In this document: positions 1-12,809 of the stretch, one piece after another | Position numbering within the stretch: position 1 is the stretch's first letter | Layout: the number at the start of each line of letters is the position of its first letter | Assembly: GCA_023515725.1 (NCBI GenBank) | Contig: JALDTO010000246.1 | Location: forward strand, 427,014-491,013 | Direction: 5' to 3' | Origin: Amoeboaphelidium protococcarum X5 | Taxonomy: Eukaryota; Fungi; Aphelidiomycota | Length of the DNA: 64,000 nucleotides | The notes under the pieces: generated by a model | Database searches by the model: none | What the model was told of the DNA's origin: nothing | Seen by the model: only the letters and a program-made list of their open reading frames with translations | Translations under genes and position numbers: made by a program

Positions 1-465
1 CTGTTGGTATCTCTTAGTATGTGCAGCAATTCTAGCCACCAACGCTTCTCCATCTTCATACTACACAGAAACTGATTGAAGTGAAATGGCTATATACTGA
101 GATTGTACAGATCACATCGCTTACCTTTGAAACATCGTCCAAGTCTACAACAAAACTTCCACTCAAAGTCTCTCTCAACTAAGCCTACAAACGTGAAATA
201 GGAATATAGCTCTCAAATTATGAAAAGTTCTTACAACTTGGTCCATATATTTATTACATGGCTAAGCATTGTTCTCTACGTCGTCAAAGCCTTCATCAAC
301 AGGTACGTAGACAAACTTTTCAATAAAGTCCTTGATTCTGTCTACACATTCATCCATTCAGAAATTGATACACTCATTATGCAAAGACATTTAGAATGAC
401 TTACCCAGTTCTTGAGCATAATCAATGTTGATATGTGCACGAGGCAATGTCACTGAAGTTTCCAT
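1..465 (-). CDS. MCM7: DNA replication licensing factor MCM7, 5' part (spliced, runs off window start)
   Basis: ATG at 465; three short GT-AG introns. Spliced N-terminus METSVTLPRAHINIDYAQELDRIKDFIEKF...KYMDQV/AQLRETLSGSFVVDLDDVSK/...LVARIAAHTKRY matches the MCM7 pattern DY...K.F...KY..Q.....VDLDD. Confidence 0.75.
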
Positions 466-675
466 TATGAAGCAAGTAGTATAAGTTATACGCTATAAGC
501 AATTAATAAAGCTCAGCTGTAAAGGGAAGTGGAATTAAAGTGAAATAAAGTTCCGCTCTTTGAAACAACTACAAGATGAAACGAAATTACGCGAGGCGCG
601 TTTCAATTCGGACAGATTTATTATTCCTTCAGCCGTTGAGCTTCTTTCACAATATTCATAAACCAAAGCTCCGTT

Positions 676-1490
676 TCAATCAAACTTGGGAGGATCAATA
701 CTCAAATAGTTCATTGAATGACTCTAGTATTTAAGAAATGGAGTCTTCGGAGTGATATTACTGAAATTTAATCCTTTTGATTTTCCGCCGGACTGCCATT
801 GGCTATTGAAATAGTTGTTGAGGTTTCTTGTACGATCGCGTTCAAGTTGTTTGAGTTGGTCTTCCAACAGAGATTTCTACGCGCGTTCCTGTTTCAAAAG
901 GTCTGACAACTTCTGGCACTAATCTTCATACTGTTGGATTAATGCAGCGTTTGTCTTGTTGAATGACTCAATTTACGCGTCAGATTCTTTCAGTTTGGCG
1001 TGGTTCTCTTTCAGCTGATGTTGAGAGAACAACATATCTTGCTCCATTTGATACAGCCAAAACTAAGTTCCATACTGCAACGCCTTGTTCATTGCTGATG
1101 GCGAATAACCACTCAGTAGACTCTACATACATGAATTTGACAATTTAACAGTTTTATATCCATTGAAAATAAAAATTACCATAAGCAATTGTTCGGAAGG
1201 CTCTGCGTCAATACATTTAATATCATCCCTACAAAAACACGATATATATGTTTGGATAATCACAAGGTGTGTTTCTACGCTTTCAAGAGTGGTGTACGGG
1301 AACTGGACATTACAACTTCTTTTCAAAGCTATTCTAACTGCATGACAGACAGAATATATCTACACAATATTAAACAATCATCACAGTTTTCAATTAAACG
1401 CGTAAAATTCATACGTGAACAAGATGTTACACATGCTTAATCATGGCTAAGCACAGTTCTACACGATACAAGATTGCACCTTAAATGCAT
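676..1490 (-). CDS. HEI10: HEI10/CCNB1IP1-like meiotic RING E3 ligase (spliced; start approximate)
   Basis: With TAR=Gln: MHLRCNLVSCRTVLSHDQACVTSCS-H(intron ~1414-1360)IFCLSC...CP RING, then SLLSGYSPSAMNKALQYGTQFWLYQMEQ (cf. HEI10 LAGLRPE...RALAFWTYQ) and a coiled coil. TGA at 676-678. Internal exon borders not fully resolved. Confidence 0.75.
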
Positions 1491-2522
1491 TTCGACGGTA
1501 TTGTACTGAATGTTATCAAAGAATAGCACCGTAAGCTGAAACAAAAAGATCAAACAATAAGCAGCAAAGTCGACAAGAACTTTCTCAAAGATACTTCTGA
1601 AACGATGAACATCATTTTCTGGCAGAACCGAGGCCCAGCTTGTCATTCTTTACATTTACAACAACGCCATCTGAGGCAGTACCTTAATGAGACTCAATCG
1701 CATCTGGATCAAAGCCCATCTCTCTCAGCAGTCTAAATCCAACATTTTACTCATTCAAAGGTTCAGCATGAGCATCGACCGCTGAGCCACTCTGAGCATT
1801 CAGGAGGTAGTTCTATTTAACTCTTACTATGTCTACATTAAAACCGAATTGAAGGACGCGTCTGAAACTATCGTCATCTCCGGCACAAGTATGCGATGTC
1901 TTGTACACTACCAACGACTTTGACGTGTCACGTCCCCTTGTATTTACAGTTAGTTTATACTCTTATTCGCATAGTTACCGAAATAAATCGCGAACTTTAT
2001 GCGACTTCATAGGCGGCAAAGTCATCTACTCACCGGATGAAAGCGATTGAACGAAAGCTTAGATGTCCAAGGCTATCTGTTCCAATAGAACAAGAATATT
2101 GTAGTTCCAGTTACCACGCGACTTTTCAAGCTGTTATTGCAGGCACTTTCCCAATAGCTCACGACTTCTCTAACGCTATTGGCCTTCATGTCTTACATTA
2201 CGCTTCTATTTTTACCGCTGTTTTTTCAAGGCTGACTGAGACATAACGGTATATTTTTCAGAATCAATGGAATGCTGTTAATCACTAGTCAACGTATTGT
2301 CTTTATCAGAACTAGAATCACTCTCTTATATAACTGTTTAATCAGTCAGCAAATCGAATCGATTGCGATCAGTTTCTTACATGATTATAATCTTCTATTA
2401 TCTGCAACTGTACCGAAATTTCTTTAAAAGGGACGTCGGAAGATTGAAAAAAAAACAACTCCAGTATCATACCAATTTGGTAATGTATTTACAACAGCAA
2501 CTCAAAAATTAGTGTTAGCAAA

Positions 2523-5500
2523 TCAAAGCTGAAACAACATTTGCTTCAGTGACTTGCCATTCTTCTCACAATTATCAGCTAGACACGTTTCCATCTCATG
2601 TCGAATCTGCTTTAACTTGAACAATTGCAACTTGAAATCCAAATCTCGCGCGGCATCACCACCTGACTCATCATCCAGCGATAGAAGCACCTTGAAAAGA
2701 TGGACCCAAATATCCTTGTGCCAATATCGTTTCCATGTCCTATGCATCAAATCATCAAAATAGCATTAGCTGTCCCAGTGAGACGCATGCAGACGCTATG
2801 GAACCTCCCAATACTTGCCAAAAAGCATCACAAACACACATCCAGCCAAGCCAACATAATCAATATCGTGAAGCCATGGAAACCTTAATCTATCATCAAA
2901 AATTGTATTCTCCCCAGCTTTACCATAACCAGAACTTGACTTGGATCTCCACGATGTCTAAAACTTCATAGCTTCTGCTTCATCTTTTTTAAACATGGAC
3001 AAATCTACACTTTAACCAAAATCAACACACAGCAGACCCCTCCACAACCAACCATTACAACCAGATTCTTCGTAACAACTAATCCATGGATCATTAACCA
3101 TAGACTCAAGCAATGGATTAACTTTAACAGGAGGTGCCATTCTTAGCAGAAAATTGTCCGGTTTAATATCTCCGTGAATGATACCAGACTAATGCATCCT
3201 ATCCAACATACGAAGAAGCTCAATAGTGAAGAACATCACTAGTAATTCATCCATTCCACCGCCTCCAATAGTAGCTTTACTGCAGCGATTCACAGCATCC
3301 AGCAGCGTTCCCTTGCCAGCATAGTCCATAATGAGATAACTCTCATCTTGATACAAATAAAAATTATGAGCCGATACAAACTGAAGCTTGTCCACAGGAT
3401 GATCTGAGCGCATCGCCAGTTGCTCCATAATGTAAAACTCCCAACAGCTCGGCGAATTGTGGATCTTCATGGCAACTTTCATCAACTATCCATTAAGATC
3501 CTCATCAGCATGTTGTGCCAGATAAACAGCTCCATACTATCCTTCTCCCAACTTTTTCATCACAATGTACTCTTCTGCACCGAGAGAGATCGTCATATGA
3601 GGATGAATCTTGGTGCTCATAGTTTTGCTAATAGCTCCTCCTTTACCAAACTTCATACCAGACATGTCATTAAATTTACCACTTGTAGTGATGACAGACA
3701 TTTATTATCTCAAAAATGTCAGAATACGTTGCTTATCAGGCCACTCAACAACAGTAAAAACTGTTTACTCTTGCTGCTTCACAGACAGACTCTAAAACTT
3801 TCTTGTTGCATCTAAAGTCAGATCATTTATGAGTGAATTTGAAGGATACTTTTGATAATGGGAGGTTATCTTAGATAACGTGGGATCTGGAATAGCGGCG
3901 ATATCAGGTATATTCAAAGTGAAGTTGGTGTGATTATGATCCACAATAGACTAGACACTTAATTACCCTTGACGAGGCATCAAACCAAATGTGACATTAT
4001 GGTTAGTCTCAGCTATGGAGTACAAAGAGTAATTATCTCCAGCTTTGGACATTGTGGATAGAAGAGAATTGGAACCGCCAGTGGAAGATGTATGAGCAGA
4101 TTTGGAATTGCTAGATTTCTATAATCTCGACGCTGAAGATGCACTTTTGCTATTAGTAGACTTGTATTCTGCACTCATTTCAGCGATAGGAGTCATAATG
4201 TCAAGACCGCGAGATGTCGTTGGAGCAGCTGCAGGAGGAGGCATATTCTCATATTCTTCCACTCTAGCACTGACAACTTTTTCATTCGCACCAGAAACCC
4301 GATCATAAAGGAACATATTATTCTATGGTGCCGAAGGGTACTGCTTAAAAGTCTCTCTAAAAGGAGAATCTCTCTCCTCTTCTGGCACGCCGTTACAAGG
4401 ACTTGTGTTAGTTCCACCACTACTGCATTACTTAGGACTTTGAAATTCATTAGCAGCCGCGTCATCATCTTCATCATCGTTATAAAGCGCAGTTCCAGCT
4501 TTTAGCTTTATACCAGCGAATGAAAGTTTTCTATTGATCTACCTTTGACGCTCCTCTCTTCTTCGTTGTTCTTTCAGCTCTTTCTCCTTCTGGTCACGCT
4601 CTAATTAGACACTAGTCTTCTCTTATTCAGCTTGTTTACTCTATAGAACGTGGCCATCATTGTCATCATAAAACGGTTAAATCTAATCATTGCCTTATTA
4701 TTGAGGAACTTCTTGATTGGTCTATTGATCATTAGATTCTTCATCCTCATAAACTTCTAAAGCAGAGTTGAACAATTTCTACACAGGCAATCTCTCAATA
4801 ATAGTACACGTCTTCTCCACTTCATCATCAGCCAAATTGGTAATTGCACTTATAGCAGTCATATTGGTCTATGTACCACAAAACTGAAAGCTATCATCAT
4901 CGTCCTCATCAGACTAGTATTTAGACAAAGTAGCATTTATATTTCCACCAGTACTGAACACTGACATTATTTGACTGAGAGCAGTATCATTATGCTAACT
5001 TGCATCATTAGCTGTAAAATGTGCCACTCTAGACTTTTATTATTGCTGTAACTTTTAAGCTCTAAACTATTCCACCACATGTCTGTACTTAAGACTTCTT
5101 GCCTCTTCAAAGGATTAATCTCTGCCTTGAGAATTAACCACCAAACTCGCTTCATAGCCGTGCACTTCACCTTAAGATTAAACATTAGTAGTGTCTTATC
5201 TATTAAAAGTCTTGATCACCAAACTATCAACCATCTTTATATTAGGATTTTGATTTTCATGAGAGCCGCCAGCCTAATCATTACCATCAACATTCTAAGA
5301 ATCAACCATCTCTTTATACGAAGCTCTAAGTCTATCTATTGGCTGAGCATTCTTCTACACGCCACGCTTTAACACTTGGATTGCCTTATCTCGTCTCTGC
5401 AGTGATTTAACGCACACTCTAGCATACTCTTCATAAAACAACGCCAACCCCGATCCAATGCCTTTACCCTCCAAGTAGGTAAATACATCTGCCGGGCTAT

Positions 5501-5801
5501 CAACTTGATGACTAAACTTGATCCAAACCTTGAGGTAATTGAGATTCTGCTTATATCTGGAATCAGCTTTAAACACTTTGGTAGTCCACTCAAGAAGCGC
5601 CACATAATAGTCTCTGGCAGTCAAACTTTCCTCCTACTCAGACTCACAATAGAGAATGTGTCCCTTCTTGAAATACTAATTCATAACACGGTCGGGATTC
5701 TACTACTCAAGATAACTCAAGTACTCCAGGTAAATAGCCAGCGGATCGTCATGACAAGAACTATTCCGAATCTATTACTCAAAATACTCCACTCTACTCA
5801 T
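2523..5801 (-). CDS. BUB1: Spindle checkpoint kinase Bub1 (Mad3/Bub1 TPR + C-terminal kinase), ~1092 aa
   Basis: One frame with TAR=Gln. N-terminal DDPL..YLEY and RYKQNLNYLKVWIKF...GIG..LALFYEEYA; kinase IHGDIKPDNFLL, WEFYI, GTLLD, WKRYW; TGA at 2523. Confidence 0.92.
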
Positions 5802-6263
5802 TATGCTAATAAAAAATCGAAATATGACAGCAACGTGAATATATAAAATGACAATCCAAATTAGATTAAAATACAATGTTCAGTCAGCAGTTGTAGTGAG
5901 ACTTAAAGAGAGTGAGTAAAACCAGGCGTGGAACAAGCAACAGCAGAAGAAACAGTCAAACTACGGCAGAGCGATATCTGTTGTTGAAACGAGCAAGAGA
6001 AGGCGCGCGTCAACTTGAAAAGTGTTTCAGCTCGTCCGACCTGTCGCGGCTTTCTGGTGAACCGCAGTCAGTCAGTCAGTCAGTGGATATTGTAAAAAAG
6101 CATTTTTCGGTCCGCTCAACTGCCAGCAGCTCTTCTTACTGACGCTTCTACAATCTTCATCTTTTGCGAGTCTGAAACAAGTCGCGATTTAAAAGACGCG
6201 TCAAGTCTCTTTCCGTTCTTACATTTATACACTGCTCCACCAATTTAGTTAGTTACTGTAGAA

Positions 6264-6278
6264 ATGAATGAAGGTTAT

Positions 6279-6340
<62 letters not shown>

Positions 6341-8348
6341 AGTTAAGTAGACACCAAGTACTCCTAGTAAGAGGCATTCATTTATACTGAAGGCTATCTA
6401 GAATTAATAGTAGCAGAATGGCGGTGGTAGTACACAATCTACTCCCATACGATCCATAGCATAGAGCACGCCAATTTTGCATCGTTCCTAGTAATAACAA
6501 GACTTGTAACTGTAATAATAGACTGCTTAATACTCCTTTGGCTTCAGTAATTCTGCAGCATTGAATGGTATGAACATTGACGGTGGTGATTAGTCAGCAT
6601 CTCGGCAGTAGTAGCAGCAACATTCACTGGTGTCCGAGAGTCCCCTCAGTAGCTGGATGTAGTAGGAGAGGACGTTGAACTCTGAGACTCCTACCCATTC
6701 TGGAGTATTAACTTCGCGTCACTCTGTTGGGTCTAGTAGTGGGTAGAATTAATCCTTTTAGTCATTATAATTGTCAAGGAATTTGCAGAATAATAATCTA
6801 TTTCAATTTGAGACACCATCCAGATTATTGAATGGTAATGATGATGGATCGCGTGATTCCCTGCTGTAATGCCGCACCGAGCCTATTCATAAATCTGAAA
6901 TGTTTTTACTCAGTAGAAATGGAAATAGTTATAGTAGTCCTTAGTAGTTATCGTAAAATGTTGGCGAGTATAATAATAATAATTGCTCTTTGCGTGGCAA
7001 TAAGGAGAACTCTGTTAATTTACTTGATCGTCTGATGCAATGTGGATCTGATTTGAATGATGACTATGATGGTATGGAGGGTGATTCTGACAATGAAGGA
7101 TTTGGCGGCCCACATTCCTCTTCACATTAGAATCTTGGTGGAAATAATAAAGTGTCAAAATTTAGTCGAAGATTGAGATTGTCTGGTTTCACCACTTCAA
7201 TGGTAAATATGCCGTCAGAGACGAGATAGATGGAGCTTGATTATGAGGATAAGGATCATAGTGACGATGGTGATAATATTTTCGCACACGACTACGTTCT
7301 ATCTGTGCCCCAATAGTCTAGTTCTGATTAAAGGTAAGACATTAATTATTCGTCGTCATCATGGTGCAGCCCACATGTTAATCTTTTGGATTCCTAATAC
7401 TTTAATCTTTCAGCGCGTGAGAACGATGTTACAAGTCGTGTTGATATTATTGACACTGCATAAGATTATTTGGAGAGGCAATATGATGTTATTAGGAAGA
7501 TTGGCTCGGGGTAATATGCTGAAGTTCTCCTTGTTAAATCTCGATCTGATGGTAATTTGTATGCTTTAAAGCGAGCTTTTAATCTATACAGTGGTGCTAA
7601 AGATCGCTTGAATGCCATTAAAGAAGTTGAAATTTTCTAGCGTCTTCGTTAGAATTGCAAATTTAATAGTGCTCAACCTGGTAATCCAATTACGGACAAT
7701 GTCATTCATTTGCATGAAGCATGGGAGTAGGCTGGTATATTGTTCATTGTTGCAGAGTATTGCTCTCGAGGTACATTGTCAGATTTTATAGCATAAAGTT
7801 AGAGTATCAGCGAATTTTGTTTATATTCTGTGGCATTATAAATTTCTCAAGGTCTCTAATACATGCACAGCTTGAATATTGTACATTTGGACTTGACTCC
7901 GTTCAATATACTATTGACTGCAGATGGAACTTGGAAGATTGCAGATTTTGGTCTATCTCAACTGTGTCATAATGCCGAATCTTTGACTAATCATATGAGA
8001 GATAGAGCTGTGTTGGGTAGAATGCTTGAAGGTGATAGAAGATATATTGCATCTGAAGTTTTGGATGGCGATTATAGATTAGTACCGGCGACTGATTTGT
8101 TCATGTTTGGATTGATACTGTTACAAATGACAACCATATCTCATAAACATTTACCTGACAATGGCCCTGAATGGACTAGGCTGAGGAATGAAGATTTCTC
8201 ATAGGTGGTATGGCGATAAGATATATCATTTGAGTTGTAATAATTTATCACCACGAAGCTTTTAAGACGTAATTTTGAAGAGCGAGCATAGGCATTGGAG
8301 CTGGTTTAATTTTTTCAAGAGTAGCTGAGTCGTTTAAATAGTCATTGA
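6264..8348 (+). CDS. WEE1: Wee1/Myt1-family protein kinase, ~694 aa
   Basis: ATG 6264, TGA 8346-8348, same frame as track ORF 7863-8204. Motifs IGSGQYAEV, YALKR, EAWE, EYCSRGTL, HLDLTPFNILL, KIADFGL and EGDRRYIASE (Wee1-type EGD..Y). Confidence 0.85.
6279..6341 (+). repeat. (TAG)20+TAA microsatellite encoding a 21-residue polyQ tract in the Wee1-like ORF
   Basis: Perfect TAG run in frame, 5 codons after ATG 6264. Confidence 0.9.
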
Positions 8349-8440
8349 ATAAATGAATGAATAAATATACGGGTTTAAATGTATACATACATTGCAATGA
8401 TATCCGATACGAAATTTGAAAGAAACTGCATTTATTCAAT

Positions 8441-9700
8441 TCATTCACCCTCATGCTGAGATGAATCTTAATTACTATCATAAGACTAAACTTGCTACTA
8501 CTACTATTAAAACTACTACTATTGCAGATTCCCAGGTAAATTATCAGCAGAACTCAACAAGGATGAAGATACGTAATCTGACCGGTCAATGATGGAGTGC
8601 TAGTTCAACAACTTACACTCACCGCCATTCTCCAAATCAATTTAATACTACAAATACCATCCATTTGAAGTGCACACTATAACCTAAGGTAAAGTATTCG
8701 ATAATGCAGCAATGCATCGAAACTTGGAACCATATCCCACCGATGCACTACCGCCAGATTAAGATTACGATGCGGATGATGATTGCTTACTTATGAGAGC
8801 AGAAGGCAATTTAATAAAAGCAAAGTCTCGCACAGGCTCAATCATCTCTGATAACATCTCTGGTAGATAAGAGCCAACCACAGCGCTTCCAGTACCGAAA
8901 GCTCTACTCAGACGGAAGATGTGAATAGTCTGACTGCCAGACACCACGCAGATCATGTTACTCTAGCTATTAAATGAGATATACTGAATCTTTGCAGACG
9001 TTGATCCCCTCCTGAACTAATACAATCTGCGACCATCTGGTACGGAGAATACTCTGATCACTGTGCCCTTCTCAGAACTTGTGGCCAGTAGAGATCCATC
9101 TTGATTCATGGCCAGGTAGGATAGCGTGCTCTTGTGTGCCTAAATAATATTCACAGTCTGCAGAGTGTTGGCATCGAATATCAACACTTCTCCCGTGAGA
9201 TTATTCGCCGGATACGCCACGTAACAGTTCTCACTACTGGAGGCCATCGCTATAACTCCCCTCGGATTGGGCGATGTATCGATTGTGTGCAATAGTTTCA
9301 TATTACTAATGTCATATACGTGAACACTATTCTCAAGCACTACCAGCAACCGCCTCCTATTCAACTTTACAGCAACTACGGTGGTGACAAAGTTCAATTC
9401 ACAAATCACACTCTACCTCTTGGTGTTGATCAACTACAATCGCCTGGGACTATACTAAGGATGAATACCAGCACCAACCAGAGCTACTAAAGAGGTGGTA
9501 AACAGCATCTCAGCAATCCCAATTCCACCATCATTACTCTGAAAACAGCATGTAAAAGGATCATTATTGTAAATCTTGTATCCTATAGATGTTCCCACAG
9601 CGAAGCATGACTGGTCCTGATTAAAACTCAGATGCAGAATATCATACTTGTCTCTAGTATCAATGCTAAGTTAGCTACTATTAGATCTATCCAAACTCAT
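8441..9700 (-). CDS. ATG18: Autophagy PROPPIN Atg18/WIPI, ~419 aa
   Basis: [57 protein letters not shown] and the lipid-binding LYQFRRGS motif; TGA at 8441. Confidence 0.93.
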
Positions 9701-10006
9701 TATTATAATTATTTTATTTAAAATATAAATCCAAGTAATAAAAGGTAGAGATACTGCAGTTGAGCTTGATTCCACAATATGCTGTGATAAAGAAGCGACT
9801 AAACTGACGAAAGAGAAAAGAAAGAGCGTGTGAGCGATCACTTGACATTTAACAAACCCGTGTTCTGGTAAGAGTTCGTCACAACTTTAGCATGCTGTTT
9901 ACAGCTTCTTCTGGTACATGTGATATATACTCATAAAGTTCAATGTCAAAACAGAACAGCGTGTGTGCATAAGACTGGTGAATCGTAAGAATTATCATAG
10001 ACTTTA

Positions 10007-12493
10007 TCACGACTAGTTTTAATTAAGTACATTTCCCATAGCACTGACACTGCCGAGTCTATTCTTCAGAGTGACGAATGCAGAAGATTGAGGCAGGAGC
10101 ATCAAGACGCCATATAGACACTTGTATAAGGCGGAGTACTTGGATGGTTCTAGTAACTGCAGGCGCATATAAGCAAAAGATGGTGACTCCAAAAGTTGGA
10201 CCAACTTGTCTAGCTGGACCAATTCCGAGATTGAGATTCCACTTTCTGCCATTCTGTTAATTAGCTGAGTGCCATCTTCATACTACTGTGATATGAGACA
10301 GAGTGATAGCAATGATACAGAGTCTGATGACCAGCAATCGTACAGAACTTTATACAGTCCAGTCTGATGACTTTACGGCACATCCAGCTGACTAGACTAT
10401 TACAGGTATCTACGCAAGTCGGATAATTCGGAACACGTCATCAGTAGAACATTCAAATGCCTCACCATGTTCACAATGAATAATGCATCTTGTTATACAT
10501 TTCTCGCATTAGTGCCCTGTATTAGAATTTAATTCTTGTACGTGGCAAGCAACTACGCTGCAATACTGCCATAAACTTGGCTTGGACTAGATTGCGTGCA
10601 CAATCTTCTGATAATCAAAGATCCTCTCTTCTCCAATAATTACTTATCAGTAGAAAAGAGCTATAATACAGATTTAATAACCAGTTGAAATTCTTCATTC
10701 ACAGAATCAACTACAAACTGAGATTCACTAGATGCACTTTACAGAGCCTTTAAGTCATCCTTATCACCATCAATCATCAGTCCAGCCCGCTAACGACAAA
10801 TCAAAGAAAGTAAATCTAAATCTTTGACCACCACCCGTTCAGAGACATCAGTCAACAGCTGGATTAAAGCGGGGAAAGTTGAAGATTTCTCAGCTTCAAA
10901 TATCATTCTGCCATCGCCAATATTCTTCTGCAAATCCACCAGCCACTCAAGACTCTCTGCTCTGGTCAGCTCACTCTCACTCAGAAAGAGCAATGTCAGA
11001 GAATCAATAATCTAATCCAACTTCAACTACTCTGGCAGAGTTAATGAAGAAATTACCAACTTTTTCATTTCATTATTGCACTGAGCTGCAATTTCTCTAA
11101 TGTCCAAATAACTATGATCAATACATGGTAGAGTGACGGATATCATCTTGGGCATCGCCGGTAATACCTGCTTTCCATCCAGTCTAACAAGTGTCTTTAT
11201 CCACTCAATGGCAATCTACTAAGTCTTTTGATTTATAATGGGCTATTTTCTAACTAGAGACAGTTCATCCAGTGACTGAGGACTGATATGAGGCAACAAA
11301 ATGTCAATCAACTGCAAAAATGACAGATGTACACCATAATGAGACTTTTCTCCCTGCTCAACAAACTCTTCATGGTCATTATTCTACGGCAGAGCATTCT
11401 ATTAAACTACTTGTTATCCGTTATTCTAATTATGCTTTAAAGTCTCGGAGCTGCTTTCAATCTATTAATGAGAGTAAATGGAACTAATTTCATTCAAGAG
11501 TTCAGCAAGTAAATTAACAGCTGTATCAGAAACTTCATCATCCTTATCTTATTAATGTCCAACCATCAACAGGAGACCATCCAAAAAGTATATTAAATAA
11601 GAAATTAGCTCAAATTACGGCACTGAGTCCAAGGATTAAAGCCATTTCAGTAAAAATAGACGTGCTTGAGTATTCTAAGAGTATATTCGAGTGCTGAGTA
11701 ATGGAACAAATCTATCCAGCTTGAAATTGCTCCATCCCGTCAATCTCATCAAAGGATCACTCTGTGCACCATCACTTTGCACAGACTACTTTCTCTACTA
11801 TTACTACAATTATTATGATTATTATTAGGCGACATGGTCCACTTTTAAGCGACCACCTTATTTAGTCTTGACATTACTAACGATATCCAAAACTTGATTC
11901 ACAACCAGCCATCCTCCATTACGCACAGAGTTCTCCGAGTCACTGACTATTGTTAGCAGAATATCAAACAGTTCATTAAAATATCCACATACAATATACT
12001 AATGAGACTTGATTATGTTATACAGAGTCTCTGTGGCATAATACTTTGTCCGCGAATCAGTATCTGTAAGAAGATTAAGAACTGGTGGAACAATCTAATG
12101 TATCAAATCAGACTCTTAGGGGATACATATTGAGACGGCGGCCATTGCAATAAGTCCACCATTGCGCATATGAGACGATGTCACATTCTGCATGAACTCA
12201 CTCTTGATAAAGTTTAGAATTTTAACCACTCTCTAATACTGAGTCTCCTGACCGGAATTCAAAAGATCCCTAACAATCTTTTCAACTTCAAGAGCACCCT
12301 ACTTCCTCTTGTCATAAAACTTGTCTCCAAGCTATCTAAGTATCTACTGTGGAATCAAGTCTTGCTAGTTGATACTTATAGAAGCACTACTACTATTCAA
12401 ACTCTTGGCATCAACAGCTCCGCCAGCAGCATTATTGTTAACATTTGCCCCACCACTTCCTCCAGTATTCTAGTTACCAGTAGTTTGAGACAT
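10007..12493 (-). CDS. VAC14: PI(3,5)P2 complex scaffold Vac14, ~828 aa
   Basis: LGDKFYDKRKQGALEVEKIV at the N-terminus; LVQLDKLVQLLESPSFAYMRLQLLEP...LYGVLMLLPQSSAFVTLKNRL at the C-terminus; one frame. Confidence 0.93.
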
Positions 12494-12809
12494 TTTATTA
12501 TATCCTAAAATTAACTTTTAATAAATAACTTTACAATAAAGATTCTAGGTGAACAATAATGGTTCCTCTTGGAAGAAGAAACAAACTACCGGTAAGACCG
12601 TCAAAATGCTCTCTCTCTCTCTTTCTTGCTTTCTGTCTCCCTTCTGTCTCCCTTGATGCTTCCTTGCATGAAACTCTCTATTACTGTGTCTCTCTCAGAA
12701 AATCAATTCAATGCGGAGATCGCTTCTCTTTGCTCGTTCTGCGTTTCGATCAAAGTAAGATCTTCTCTGATCAAATCTTTTATTATCATTGCAATTTTAT
12801 AAATTGAAT

